Positions 28,044 through 40,781 of a DNA stretch of 64,000 bases are shown here, piece after piece (positions within the stretch are counted from its first letter, which is position 1; the number at the start of each line of letters is the position of its first letter). The position numbers were made by a program, and so were the translations under genes. The notes beneath the pieces are model-generated. The model did not search any database, had not been told where the DNA came from, and saw only the letters and a list, made by a program, of their open reading frames with translations. Origin of the DNA: Balanoglossus misakiensis (Eukaryota > Animalia > Hemichordata); contig CM082596.2 of assembly GCA_040954595.2 (NCBI GenBank), forward strand, positions 6,460,791 through 6,524,790, given 5' to 3'.

Positions 28044-31000
28044 ATCAAAAAGCGCCCTGTGGTTTGACTTATAGAGCGAATAATGGCCAACATAATAGAA
28101 TGTGAGACGCGACAATGTAATGTCCGGAATAGGGTGGGAACAAACCATAAACAAACTAAACGACGACCATTGAAAGTGAGTGCCAGTCGTTTTAAATTTG
28201 CATGCAAATGGCATGGGCTTAGGTGAACCACGCGGCAAAGGCGAGTCGATGGAGTGCGGTGAATGTGTTCAGACGAGACGGGCACTCTTACTTTGCACGA
28301 CAACTCCCTGCTACATTTACCTGTAACTCAGCGTTGTATATATTTTATGCGTTACTGATATGACTTCATTAAATTCTAGTCAAATTTGTTGAATTTCATG
28401 CACATCTTTCGAATGTCAAAATCAACTTAAAGTAGGAAACAAAACCAATTAATGATTTATTAAATTTGCAATTTGATTGGCCCGCTTGGGGTACTTGTGG
28501 TTTTTTCGCTTTCCCTGCCTTTAGCGGTTCATAAGGTGTGTCTGACAGCCCCGGAGTTCATGTAGTCTACTCAGGTTCAAGGGTCATAGAAAGTGAGTCG
28601 AGGTCTATGTATACAACGCCCGTTATTACTGAGACTGTCGTGGCGTGGCTTCGTAACAAAAGCCCCGTGTTTGTAAAGCCTCAAAAGAGATGAGCAATTC
28701 TCTATTGAGCGCTGGCAAGACCGCCCCTGATCCCGAATGGCGCGAATTTGCTTGTGAACCCCCCCCCCCCCCACCCAACACAGTCTTCAGTGAAATACCC
28801 AGAGGCTGTGTACGGACAAGCATGACCGCATCGTAAAAAAAGTAAAAAAAATCACCCTGACCAATCGATAGACTGGTCGGGATTTAGAGTCACAGCGATA
28901 CTAAAGACTATTGAGGGGGCAATCTGCGCAGAAAAAAAAAGTTTATCGTGAAAGACACATTCACAAGAGAATGGTCTCGTCACTTACAATTACTTGTCCG
29001 CGTTTCTCAGTGACGACAGCTCGCTGATTATTAAAAAATCGTGATATAAGAAGAATTGTATGGAGTGTGACCTGACCAGACCCACACAACAAAACAAAAT
29101 TTGCATGTCATCTTTCTGTTTCACCTATTTGTACCTTCGAAACAAGGCGTCTTAACTGAGCTTCCCCTCAGTGCGAATTAGGGCAGGGTAGGTCATCTCC
29201 ACAATGTTTTGACCTTATATACTTTCAGGTGAGGCGCGACCTTGAATATCATTATAGCTGAAAGCAGCACTTGCCATTTACGATTTGGTGGGTGACCGGC
29301 CTTTGTTTGCGTTATTGGGCCCGCCTGGGATGGCAAGTCTGTCGAGGACGATACACCAGTGACTACACCTTCTATTTATGTTTTTTAAACAAAGAAACTA
29401 CGGAATAGCTCAAAGCAAACTTGTTGATATTTCAGAGACAATGAAAGTGTTGTCTCGTGTTGTTGTCTGTTTATCCAGAATCTGGATGACATATTTCACT
29501 AACTCAAACGCCAGAGCACAAGGGACTCTCAATTCAACGGAGAAAAAAAACTATTTTAGAGGGTTGTTGGATTGATGTGTCATATTAAAACTACAGTGTG
29601 GCAGTTGTCATAATACTTGGGCGAAAATTTGTGCAAGATCCCGATTTCACATAATCTGTATGTCAGGTCGAATTTACACACTTTGGCAATACATTGAAAG
29701 TCAGAGAATACTACAGGTGCTTGGACCACACAATCTCAGTCTTCAAGGGATTGTCGTTGTGTGGTGAGACAAGTTATGTTCGGCCTACAATTCCCGTTTA
29801 TATCGGGTTCTTTCTATACGCCAAGTGATTTCGACATTTTCTCACGTCGGTTTTCACTCTGAAAAATGCAAACACAAAAGCACTGCTTCGCAAAAGTGTA
29901 CACCGAGTGTTGTAAGTTAGCCAACCGTAGTGTTTGACCTCATAGCACAACGTGACTGGTAAACTCAAAAACATGCGTAACTAGTCGTGGAATTACTGAA
30001 TTCTGGTGCCCGCAGTGAAACTTTTGGCATGTCAGGCTCGTTAACCTGGTGTCAGTCGTCCACCTTGGAGGAGTTGGTCTGTAAAGGTCGGTGTACAATG
30101 AAATGATTTGGGTGGGGTCCGGACAGTCTATATGTTTATCAAGGTTTACCCCACCCGTGTATTAAAACGCCTTGTTCTAGAATTTGTCAAACGCCTTGTG
30201 TGTGTTTTTTTTCACGTTTGAGAGGGGACCGTCACAGTTCATTCGTAAATTGCGTCAGAAATGGCCGACCCCTGTTTGGTTTATTACGCCAGAATCGAAT
30301 GCGAGCGTGCAAGTCGCGCACGGGACGTGTCCCGTTGCCATGGTTAACTTCAAAGCTTGCGGCAGCCATTCGTGGACGTTTTTCGGTGTCAGAACGTTGT
30401 CGTTGGACGTGTATTCAAACGTTTGATGAACCTCGGGTCAGCGGACAACATTTGCAGCTTTAGCGCGCCCATCCGCACACCGGCCATTGTACACAGCGCG
30501 TGCGAAGAGACGGTTCTCCGGTTCGTTCCCGCAAGACAATCAAGTTTTGGCCGACAGAGTTTAGAAGTACCCGCAGTTTCGCGTACGATTCTACGACGGG
30601 ATACCATGAGCCAGATTTTCCCAATACGGGTCCGTTCAGATAATTGCCGTGTCATTTCTACGGTAACAGCAAACAAAAGCTTCTAAAACGGAATCCGGTC
30701 AACGGTGACCTTAATCGACCAGAGACTTTCCCATCCGATCTTCAGTTCATTTCCCCCACCCCCACCCCCAGAGAGCTAAAATGTCAAACGTTGACAATCA
30801 TAACATACCACACGAGCTAACTTACCTCGCAAAGTTGAAGATCTGTACTCGTTGACTCTTTCTACGGGCACCTCTGGTGTGCTTTCTCACAGTCCCAAAT
30901 CCCAAAGTTGATGACTTCGGTTCTAACTTTTCTCTCGCCTGTCGGTGTTTTGTCAATAGAGGGGGTACTGTTAAGACAAATACCAATGCAGGGAAAACTA

Positions 31001-31605
31001 CTGGTGGCGAAAGATGAGTGTCCTTCACGTACCAAAACGCTGACACCAGTGACAAAGCATACGATTTCTTTCGTTCAGCACAACCAGGCCAAGTCATACC
31101 CCTCTTATTTAAATAGCGCCGCCAGTGGCAAGACATATGATGTTAATAAAGTTGCGTTCGTGCTTTTCCTGTGACAGCAACACCGCCCTCTTCTGTTTCC
31201 ATGAGGCTGCTTTAAATCCAACTGGCCTCCGGGTAAACACAGGCCTCCGCGTGGCTGCGTACTGCGGGTACGTCCGGGCAAGGACGCGCACTGAAGTCAG
31301 GCCTGGTCACATGATCACGCTAACCGTATTTCTGTTGATAATCAGATTATTCTCCCGTTTGTGCGTGTACTGTCCTAAAACGAGGTGGTTAACCGCGGTC
31401 ACCCCCACCCGCTGTTTGACCCATGGACTTGCGAAAAGAGTATCATGTGCCGATTCGAGCTGTGTCACATCCACAAGCGCCCCTGCAATCTACGATTTCG
31501 GGAGTTGCTCAGTGCGCCTGCTGTACATGATTGCTTTTAGCCATGCCTACTATTTACAGGGCCCAAAAGTCCCCTATCTCTGTGTGTGCATTTGTCTGCC
31601 TCCCT

Positions 31606-31621
31606 TGTCTCTGTCTCTCTG

Positions 31622-31673
<52 letters not shown>
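31606..31673. repeat. (GTCTCT)n/(CT)n microsatellite
   Basis: Direct reading. Confidence 0.9.
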
Positions 31674-31676
<3 letters not shown>

Positions 31677-34082
31677 CGCTCGCCAATAAACCATGTAAAC
31701 TGAGAAACCCGCAGCCATGCCAACTGATATTTCACGGTCTGAGCCTGCAGCCATCCTGCTTTAAGCCGACAGACTCGGGAAGCGGCGGCATTGTGCGCTG
31801 CCCAGGAAAATCCTCGGCCCGTATTCTTGTCCGGTGAAGTCATACTTTCCCAGTGGGCTAGCTCAGCCTGAGGTTCTCTCGCCCCCGCTCTCGCCGTGAA
31901 AGTGTGAAGTAGGCCGGGTGGTGTTGAGATTAGGATGCGGACGGACCAGCCGGGTCTGGGAGTAGATCAGGGGCGCGGCTGAGTCTAATGGCCCGGCTCG
32001 GTCGGGGCGAAGTGTGACGCGCCAGTCAGGGAAATTTTACTTGCTGTAAACCAAAGTTTTGTGAATACTTGGATTGCAATCTGACTGTGGAGTTGATTTT
32101 CTGAAGGTATTTTCGTTCTCACTTCTTACCCATGCAGACAAAACTGAACTGAACGTGAAAGCAGACCCACTGGTTTGGGCGACGCGTATACGCGCACGGA
32201 TTGCTACGAGAGCAGTAGCAATCCCCCCCCCCCACCCCCAGACGCGCGCTCCCCAGGCTGGAAACAGATAATTCATGTAGACGATAATAACAACTCGCCG
32301 CCGCTCTAGTTCGAGACCGTTGCCTATCTACGGTCAGGCGCGGTGGCATGCCGGTTATCACAGAAGAAAAGTACACCGGCGGTTCACCTCGTTCGTGCGC
32401 ATTCCAGCGAGAGGTCAGACCTTGCCCTACATGAGCCGGTGAAGGTACCCTGGCAGAGAGTGCATGCGCGCGCCAACGGTAGCACACGCGACCCAATTGG
32501 GGACAGTGAAACCCATTTCTTTGGCAGTTCTGTTGTTGACGTGGCCACATTTTGGGGGGATTCTGTTCACCGCCCGAAGGTCAACGCGCAGACTAGTACT
32601 AGTCGCCGATGGCCTTCACCTTCACCTTCGCCTTCGCCTTCACGCGAATGCAGAACATTGACCGAGTTGTTTACCGTTTGTACAAGGAAACAGTCTCTCC
32701 TACTGTGTAAACTTCGGGGGTATTACCTGAGCACAGTCCCTCGGCAGAATTTCTATAGGGCCATGGTGACAGTTTCTTTTTGTGGAGATTGTCTGTCGAT
32801 AGTTAAAATCGAATCCTATGCTGGTCATGATCAGACAAGCACGCATGTAAACGCGCGTCGCGAAAGTGTAGCGCAAATCTTGGCTTTCATACGGCCGCAG
32901 ACAATCGAAATCGTGTATTGTGTTTATTCTCGTATTATTACAAAAACCAGTGCCTGTATTTTTTTGATAATTTGGTCGGCTCTTCGGCCATATGTCGACC
33001 GTATCGACCACACCGGCGCATTTGACACCGCGCTCTCTAAACCAAATCTGTCCCTTGTAAACCAACCACTCCCCCCCCCGTCCGTCCATACACACTGAAG
33101 TAGGTTAATTGCCGAGCCACAGAATTTCATTCGCAAAGCACTCTGGGAATACAATTAGGCGTTTGTCATGAACAAGTCCGCAGCAGCACTCAATACTCTC
33201 GCAGTTTTGCACGAACGACTCGATTTTTTTTTTGTATTTTGCATATTTGAAGACAGTCCACATTTATACTACCCATGGTTTGGTTGCGTGTAATTTGCTA
33301 ACTACAGGGCGCGATTCTTTTGAAGTTTCTACACATATGGTCGTTCTGCTTTCAATACACTCTCCGCTCATTCACTTCAACCTTTATGAATTCTCGAAAG
33401 AAAGGCTTACAAACCCTTTTTGTTGCAAATTACAAACTTCGAAAGTACGTTGCTGGTAAAGACTATCTTTGTGGCGTCAGCGGATTTTTATCCCGAGTGG
33501 TTCAGCGAGTTCGGAATGAGGTAAAACCTAAAAATAGATGAGCGGGTGATGTCCCACAGCGGACGTCGACGTACCCATGCCAGTATCGGAAAATATATAG
33601 TGTTTTTCCATTAGTTCCCCGTGCACTGGTTATTGTTCGTGTTATTTGGAGCAGTTAGACCATGAACTCGCTGCATCGCCACGGTAGCATTGACAAACAA
33701 CTGGGTGGTTTTTTTTATTGTGCCCGGGCGCACACAAACACAAACAAGGAGAGAAAATCGCCCGTGTCGTTACGCGGGAGACATCAGTCTTTGTCGTATT
33801 CTCTTCCCCAAATTGCGCCACCCTCCTCAATTTGTGTGTGCATTAAATGCAGCAATCGTACCACCGACCAGATAATGACCCAGATCTCATGCGCTTGCTC
33901 GCGCTTCTAGGGGCCCTAACGCCCACCCGCGCTTACACCTATGGGACTGATAGTATTCAGACTACACACAAGAGCGCAGGCTCAAGGAGCGACTTGGCCG
34001 TAGCTGTACTGTACCGCTGCGCATAATTCCAACCAGCGAACCCGCATAGAGTGGAACTGGCAGAAGCAGAAACCCCCCGAAA

Positions 34083-37000
34083 ATGTCGCGTCTCTACTTC
34101 CTGGCCAACGGCGGTCTCTCAGTCTTCTGGCCGATCAGCAACGAGGTTCTCGCGATAACGGTCGCCGTCGCTTTAGGCTGTTTGTCGGTTCTTCTCTATA
34201 AGGCTGTGTTCCCGGCCCGGCCGGCCGGGTTTCCGCCGGGGCCCGACGGTTTGCCGATCGTGGGATGCGTGTTCGACATTCTGCTGAACAATCCGTTCGC
34301 TGCTTTCAAGCGCTATGCCAAAGAGTACGGAGACGTGTTTAGCGTTAAGGTGAGAAAGCGTGGAAATTTTGCCAACTTGTCGACACGGCACATTTTTTTT
34401 TCTCAGTCCCCTGTCCACCGAAGCCTTCAGGTTGATAACAACAACTCTATGCATTCAAAAGATATTCCGTGAGGCAACTTGACTGTCAGTCCAAAATAAA
34501 ACTTACTCCTTTCAGTACCACCGAGTAACACGGTTCATGAAGCCACGTAAGATTTTATTAATATTAGAAAACAAAAAAAACACACGGTAGGCCTATATAT
34601 CGCAATTGGTTTCACGAACCTCGCGTGCCTGAATGGATGATTAAAAAACCAAACATGGTCATGATCGGAAGCCAGCCCCTTCAATCGGTCAACTTAACCC
34701 AGAAAATTCAGTTAGTCGAACTGAGCGTGTGCTACTTAGATAAACATTGCATATGGCAAGGACTTTTTTCGGTCACTTCGCTGCGCCGTACACACTGTTA
34801 CGGACTCTACATGATTCCGCCAATTACATTAGCTGCTGTTTTCCAAAATCTTGTTAATCATTACCGAAAAAACTCAACCTACAAATAGTATTTGCATATC
34901 CGCCATGATGAAAGTGCAGAGAATGGTTGAACAGCTTTTTCTAACCTTACAAATGCATAATAGAGCAATTGGCTGTATTTTTAATAGATATATTAAGTGT
35001 TTTTGGTATGCGTAGTAATTGCAGTTTCTTTTTTCTCTCCCTACAACTTGCTAAACACATGTATTCTGCATTTCAGCATAGTCTGTTCATGTGTAAATAT
35101 CGGTCGTTCTGAACTTGAACTCAGCTTTGAAAATTTCACATATGGCGTGTGTGAAGTTGATAAGCCAAATACAGTACCGGGTATATCATCGTGACTCGAA
35201 CAAGAAACTGCAGTACATGTACACACACAAAAAATGATTTAACGTCAAACGGGTAGGACGTACATGCATATGTAAATGCCAGCATGCTTTCTTGGCACTC
35301 CAAAGGTGCCCACTCGTTTTACAGCCATGTAGCTGTAACCCTTTTAACGGGGCTATATTTTATATAGTACCTGTGACAGTGTCGTATCATGCAGCTGCAG
35401 CGTGTCTTGACGTCCCCCCCCCCCCCCGGCGGCCACCATGACCGTCACCAGAGGATCCCTCGTCCCTGCAAGGGCAACGCGACTATATCAGTATGCCAAA
35501 TATCATGGATCTGAAGGGACGTTGTCCTGGTATCGGGGCAGTCGGCGTCCATGTTGGCCACCATGGCGGGCTTTGATCAAGCCGATGCATCCGATATCGA
35601 TAAATAATCGAATGGAAGAAAACAGCTGCCCTGTGAATCGGGGGTTTGGTGGCTGGGGCGTTTTTGAATGCTGGAATTCTTGCGGCTGACGACGTTTACT
35701 GTGCTCAGCACGTACGCATCTTCGTAAATCACCCCGCCGAAGGTTAGCGTCCCGGCGCTTCAAGGAAAGTGAAGAAAGCCGCTCACCACATGCCCGGCCA
35801 ACAATCATTCGTTCTACGTGTGAATTCAAAAAGTGGAAACTCTGTCAATATTTCTATAGGGCATGTGCACTCTGGTGCTACCGTGCAGGATGTTTGTGGC
35901 CGGACCGCACGTCAAGATGCTTTCGCGATACTATCATTGAAAACACCTTCAGATACTTAAGTTAATTTAACACTGTCATCAGCTACAGGTCACCATTGAT
36001 CATATTCCATACAATGGCTAAATGCTATGCGCAGAAGTTGAGGAAACAATGACGATTAGTTTTTTTTCAGAAGTGTTAACATACAAAAGTGGTGAAATTC
36101 ATAAGGGCAAACATATTTATGTATTGACGATTTCTGCTTCGTAATATCTATGAAACCTTGCTATGTTTCTTTTCTGTGTTTAACAGCTGGGACCGATGTA
36201 CATGGTGATATGTCATGGAATTCGAGCAAACAGAGAGGCGCTGCTTTCAAAAGGTGATGATTTTGCAGGGCGACCGGACATTTTTGTAAAATCATTCGGA
36301 GCCGGGGGAAGAGGTAAATATGTTGTTTTTAAATACTTTTCGTTGTTACCTGGTATACGTTTCGAACAGTTGTGCCGCTTGGGCCTGGCGGAATCACGCC
36401 AGGCCACTTACAAAGGCAACAACGTCAAAACGCGTAGCCCACGCGAGCTAAAAGTATGTTGATTATTTTCGTGGTCGCAACGTCGAGGTTCAAAGACTTT
36501 GGGCGGGACAACGTCAAGGCCCGTAAAGTACTTTACCCCAGTTCGCATGTGTGACTATTGATGCCTTCTGGGAATTGCCCGTGTACTTGTACAGGGGTCA
36601 TTTTCGGGTTTACGCGACCCCTGTTTTCGTTCTCGCGCACGCCTCCCCATATTTTCCACATCACTGCAGGAGAGGCGGTGGATTGTCTTCGCCTCTTTCA
36701 AGCAACACTGGCCTTGTCCGCCGAGAGTTGCAGAAATTATCGTTCACCGGTTTAAGCTGTGGAGCTGTCGTGTGTATATTTGAGTGTCTCTTGCAATTGC
36801 GTGGGCTCATAACAGAACTTTGTCAGTTCGGCGCAGATCGTGACTTGCACATCCTGGCCTACTGTTTATCTAATGCTTGTTGGTTGCTACTAGCAACAAA
36901 GAAACGGGGTTCACAAAGGAGTTAACAGCGAACCATTCTTTATGATATGAAGCCCGACATTAGCAAGATAATGTACATGTATGATTTTCCTTGTGCTTGC

Positions 37001-40000
37001 CACGGTCACGATCTTTGTATATTCTCCAAAAACGTGCGCTTTTGGCCAAACCTCTCCAGTAGCTTAGACCACGATCATTTCGCATTGACGTTGTAACCTA
37101 GTTCGTCGACCCGATAACCTACATCGCTGAACTGAGCATGCTAATGACATCCTAAAAATAGCCGCGATGTTAAGTGTGAATGCAACTTCTTCACCGCTGT
37201 TGTTTTCGGCAAGGTCGATCGTGATCTACACTGCTGGTTTCGAGAGCGTTTCAGTTTTACGACCTGGGAAGGGGCGGCTAAAAATCAAGAGGATGGGAGG
37301 GGCGCGTCATCTGGGAGTCATGTTTCTTACACACAACGGGTGCTACTAACACGTCTTCTTGGACTTTTGGCCAAATGTCTTTCTCTCACGATTTTGACTT
37401 CTGTTTGCTTTCTTGGTTTCCAATGATATACTTTTTATTTTGTCTTCACAACTGGCCATATTATTATTTGATGTTCGGAATGTTGATGGTTATGATCGCA
37501 AGTTAACACGTCATCGCCAGACATCTATCTGTACAGTCAGCTCGGTGTGTGAACAATATCTGCAGCAAGTTTCATCAAACTTGTCGTACTATATTCACTT
37601 AAGCAAGATTCGGCGTAGACGCTGGCTACACGTCCGCCACATTCTGAATCTTCTTGACCCCCGCCCCCGTTAGCAAACGACCCACCCCTTATCTAATCAT
37701 GCACTGTACATGAACGGACGTACTGCCCTTGTCACTTACAATAACACATGCATCGTTTTTTCTCTTGTAAGTAACAATTATTAGTCGGTTGGTCGTATGT
37801 GTCAGTCTAGGAATACATATGCTCACAAGAGAATTTTTATAGTCGGATTGGCCGAATCTCCTGTGGTGATCTAGTTCAACCAGGGTTCAACTGTTTATCC
37901 CCGTTTGTTATGTTCTACTAGCAACAAGGTAGTGGGCTTTACAATTACAAAAGCGCGAACAATAAACCATGCTTTATGATTTGGAAACCCCGAGTTAGCA
38001 AGGTGACACTATCAATTCAGTCCTCGGAATCACATCGGAAATCTGTGCATGTATGGTTTAATTTTCACGCATTTTATTATGTCTGTGCGTAATTGTTATA
38101 TTATGCTTGAGAACTCGCCTCTCTGGCGGAGACAAAATATAGAAAGTTCGCCAAGTAGCAGTTCGCACTGACCATGCTGTAACTAGTTCATCGACCCGAT
38201 GGCCTAAATCGGTCGATACAGTAATGCCGATGGTCGCCAAAACACGTTCAAACATAGACCGTGCCCTCAGTAGGTATATGCCCTTTTGAATTCGCGTCTC
38301 TCTCTTCACCTTTGTTGTTCGCAAGGTCGCTCATGGTCTACGGCAAGTCGACCAGAGCTTGTTCGGCTGTTATGTAAAGCATTTAAGCCCCCGGGTTCAC
38401 AAACTTATGCCGTAGCATTGTATGTATGCCTGAGCGTGTCTGCCTGTCTGTTGTATCGTATCTGTATGTCAAGAAAGCTGACCAGATTTAAAATAAAATT
38501 TGGTGGAGAGATAATGTACCAAAAAGATAAAAACCGGCATTTGCCAGGTAATAAGTGAGTATGGCGGGCACAATGTACTATTGGTATACATGTATACTGC
38601 ACTGAGTGTTACAATCTTAAAAGCAAGGTTATGTATACTATGTTCTATGTACGGCGTATCTTATGTACTAGCACCAGTAGCAGCCGCTGACGGGACGGCA
38701 CCCAGTGCACCATTTGACACGCTATCAGTAAATGTGGCTAGTTCAACCTGGTTATTTTCCATAAAAATACTGCCATCTGTGTTATGACCCGTCCAGTACC
38801 ATTGTCCAGACGATTTCAATTACGCTTGGTACTAGAATTGTGCAGACGCTTGTAGGACAGGTTTTGCGGTGTGGCCAATATGGCCGCTGTCGGCCATATT
38901 GTATGCAGTCGCCATCACTCGGGTAGCAGTGAAGCAATTGCTTCATTGCTATGGGTCATTGTCTGTATTCACAGGTATCATCACCAGACCGTATGATAAA
39001 ACTTTGCCAGAGCAGAGGAGGTTCGCCCTGAAGTGCATCAAGGGTAATGGCTTAGAGGGAAAATCGATGGAGAAGCGAATTCAACTGGAGGCAGACGTGT
39101 TGGCGCGCGATCTGAGCGAGTTGGAAGAAGGGCGACCCTTCGACGTGGCCCGCTATCTGCAGTGTGGCACCTGCAACGTCATGTGTTCGGTGGCCTTCAG
39201 CAAGCGGTTCGAGCACAGCGACCCTATGTTCCAACGCCTGCTCGACCAGCTGGACGAGCAGTTCAACACGAACCCGTTCAAGTTCCTGCTGCAGCTCGCC
39301 CGCTTCCTGCCCAGGCCGCTCCGCAAGAGGCTGCCCTACCTCGACCTGGCGTCGCCCTCAGAGAACATCGTCCGGTACATCCAAGACGTCATAGCCGAGC
39401 ACAGGCAGAACTACGACCCCGACCACCTGAGAGACATCATAGACGCTTTCTTCGACAGGCAGGACAAGTACCGCTCGGGACTGTACAGGAACGCCAGGGA
39501 GACGTACGAATCGTTCACCGATGACCAGCTGGCGTATCTGCTGCTCGATTTCTTCTTCGCTGGAACCGAGACCACCTCGGCCACCCTGAACTGGGCAATC
39601 CTCTACATGGTACGCTACCCAGTTGTACAGAGGAGGGTTCAGGAAGAGCTGGACCAGATATACGGTAGAGGTAAGCCACACTACACAAGTGTAAAGTAAA
39701 CACCAAGTGATCACACTACGAAAATGATCCGGTCATTTTGACATCTATATTGTTTTCAGGAAAAAAAGGCCAATCGAGTATTCCTGATTACTTTCAATAC
39801 GTTATTTTTGCCGTAGTCTATTGACGTCGACGGAGTATCTTTTGTGCCGTTCATCACGATGGGTCATGTGTATTGGCCCTGTGTCACACGAGAATGCCCT
39901 CCCATATCACCTGGCTAGTCTCGTAGAATCTCGCAGGGTCTCGTTTGAGTACGGAAAATGGTGTATTTAACAGAGTCGAGGTTGCGAGGTCTGCTTTAGT

Positions 40001-40781
40001 ACTGTGTAACAAACATAGTGTGATGGTGTTCCAAGTTGTATCTTGGAAACAGGCTATGGAAACTGTGACGTGATCAAACCAAAGCAAGATGATATGCATT
40101 CACACACGTAATGTTTTCACATCTGCTGGTGTTTCACAGATACGGGAGTGATTCCAACGTTGCAAGACAAAGCCAGGCTGCCTTACACGTCGGCGACGCT
40201 GCTGGAAATACAACGGATACGTCCAGTGGCGCCGCTGGGAACCCCTCACAGCGCCACCAAGGATGCCCTGCTCAGCGGCTACTGGGTTCCCAAAGGCTCC
40301 ACTGTCATCAATGATCTCTGGTCCATTCACATGGATGAGGCATTCTGGGAAAATCCGGACCACTTCGACCCGACCAGGATGATGAATGAAGACAATGACG
40401 TCATCAAGCCCTTTTCGTTCCTACCATTTGCCACTGGTAGGTTTGCTGATATTTGCTGACATATTATAGTGGTTATTTCGTGTTTTTTTTTCTCATTTTA
40501 ATGTGAAAGACTAACCAAGAAATTAACTTTGTCCACATTCTTCTTGTAAATAACTTTAAAAGAGTAAATAAATACTATTTTGTCGTTCATTTTTACTAGG
40601 GCCTAGAGCGTGTCTTGGAGAACAACTGGCGAAAACGGAACTCTTCATTTTCTTTACTACGTTGATGCATCGCTTCGAGTTTTCCGTTCCCGAGGGAGGT
40701 CAACCACCGACAGATGAGCCTACCTACGGGATATCGTTGACACCGAAGCATTACGAAGTGATCACCAAGAGAAGATTGTAA
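34083..40781 (+). CDS. Cytochrome P450, clan 2 (CYP2-like), copy 1; 5 exons, ~522 aa
   Basis: Exons 34083-34349, 36187-36313, 38975-39670, 40140-40436 and 40600-40781. Motifs: N-terminal anchor, PPGPDGLPIVG, FAGRP, I-helix AGTETT, K-helix EIQR, heme motif FATGPRACLGEQLA. Confidence 0.95.

Noticed and set aside
32343-33098. 251-aa ORF in the CpG-rich intergenic region
   Set aside because: It has no domain motifs or supporting splice structure, and its composition is typical of a random ORF.
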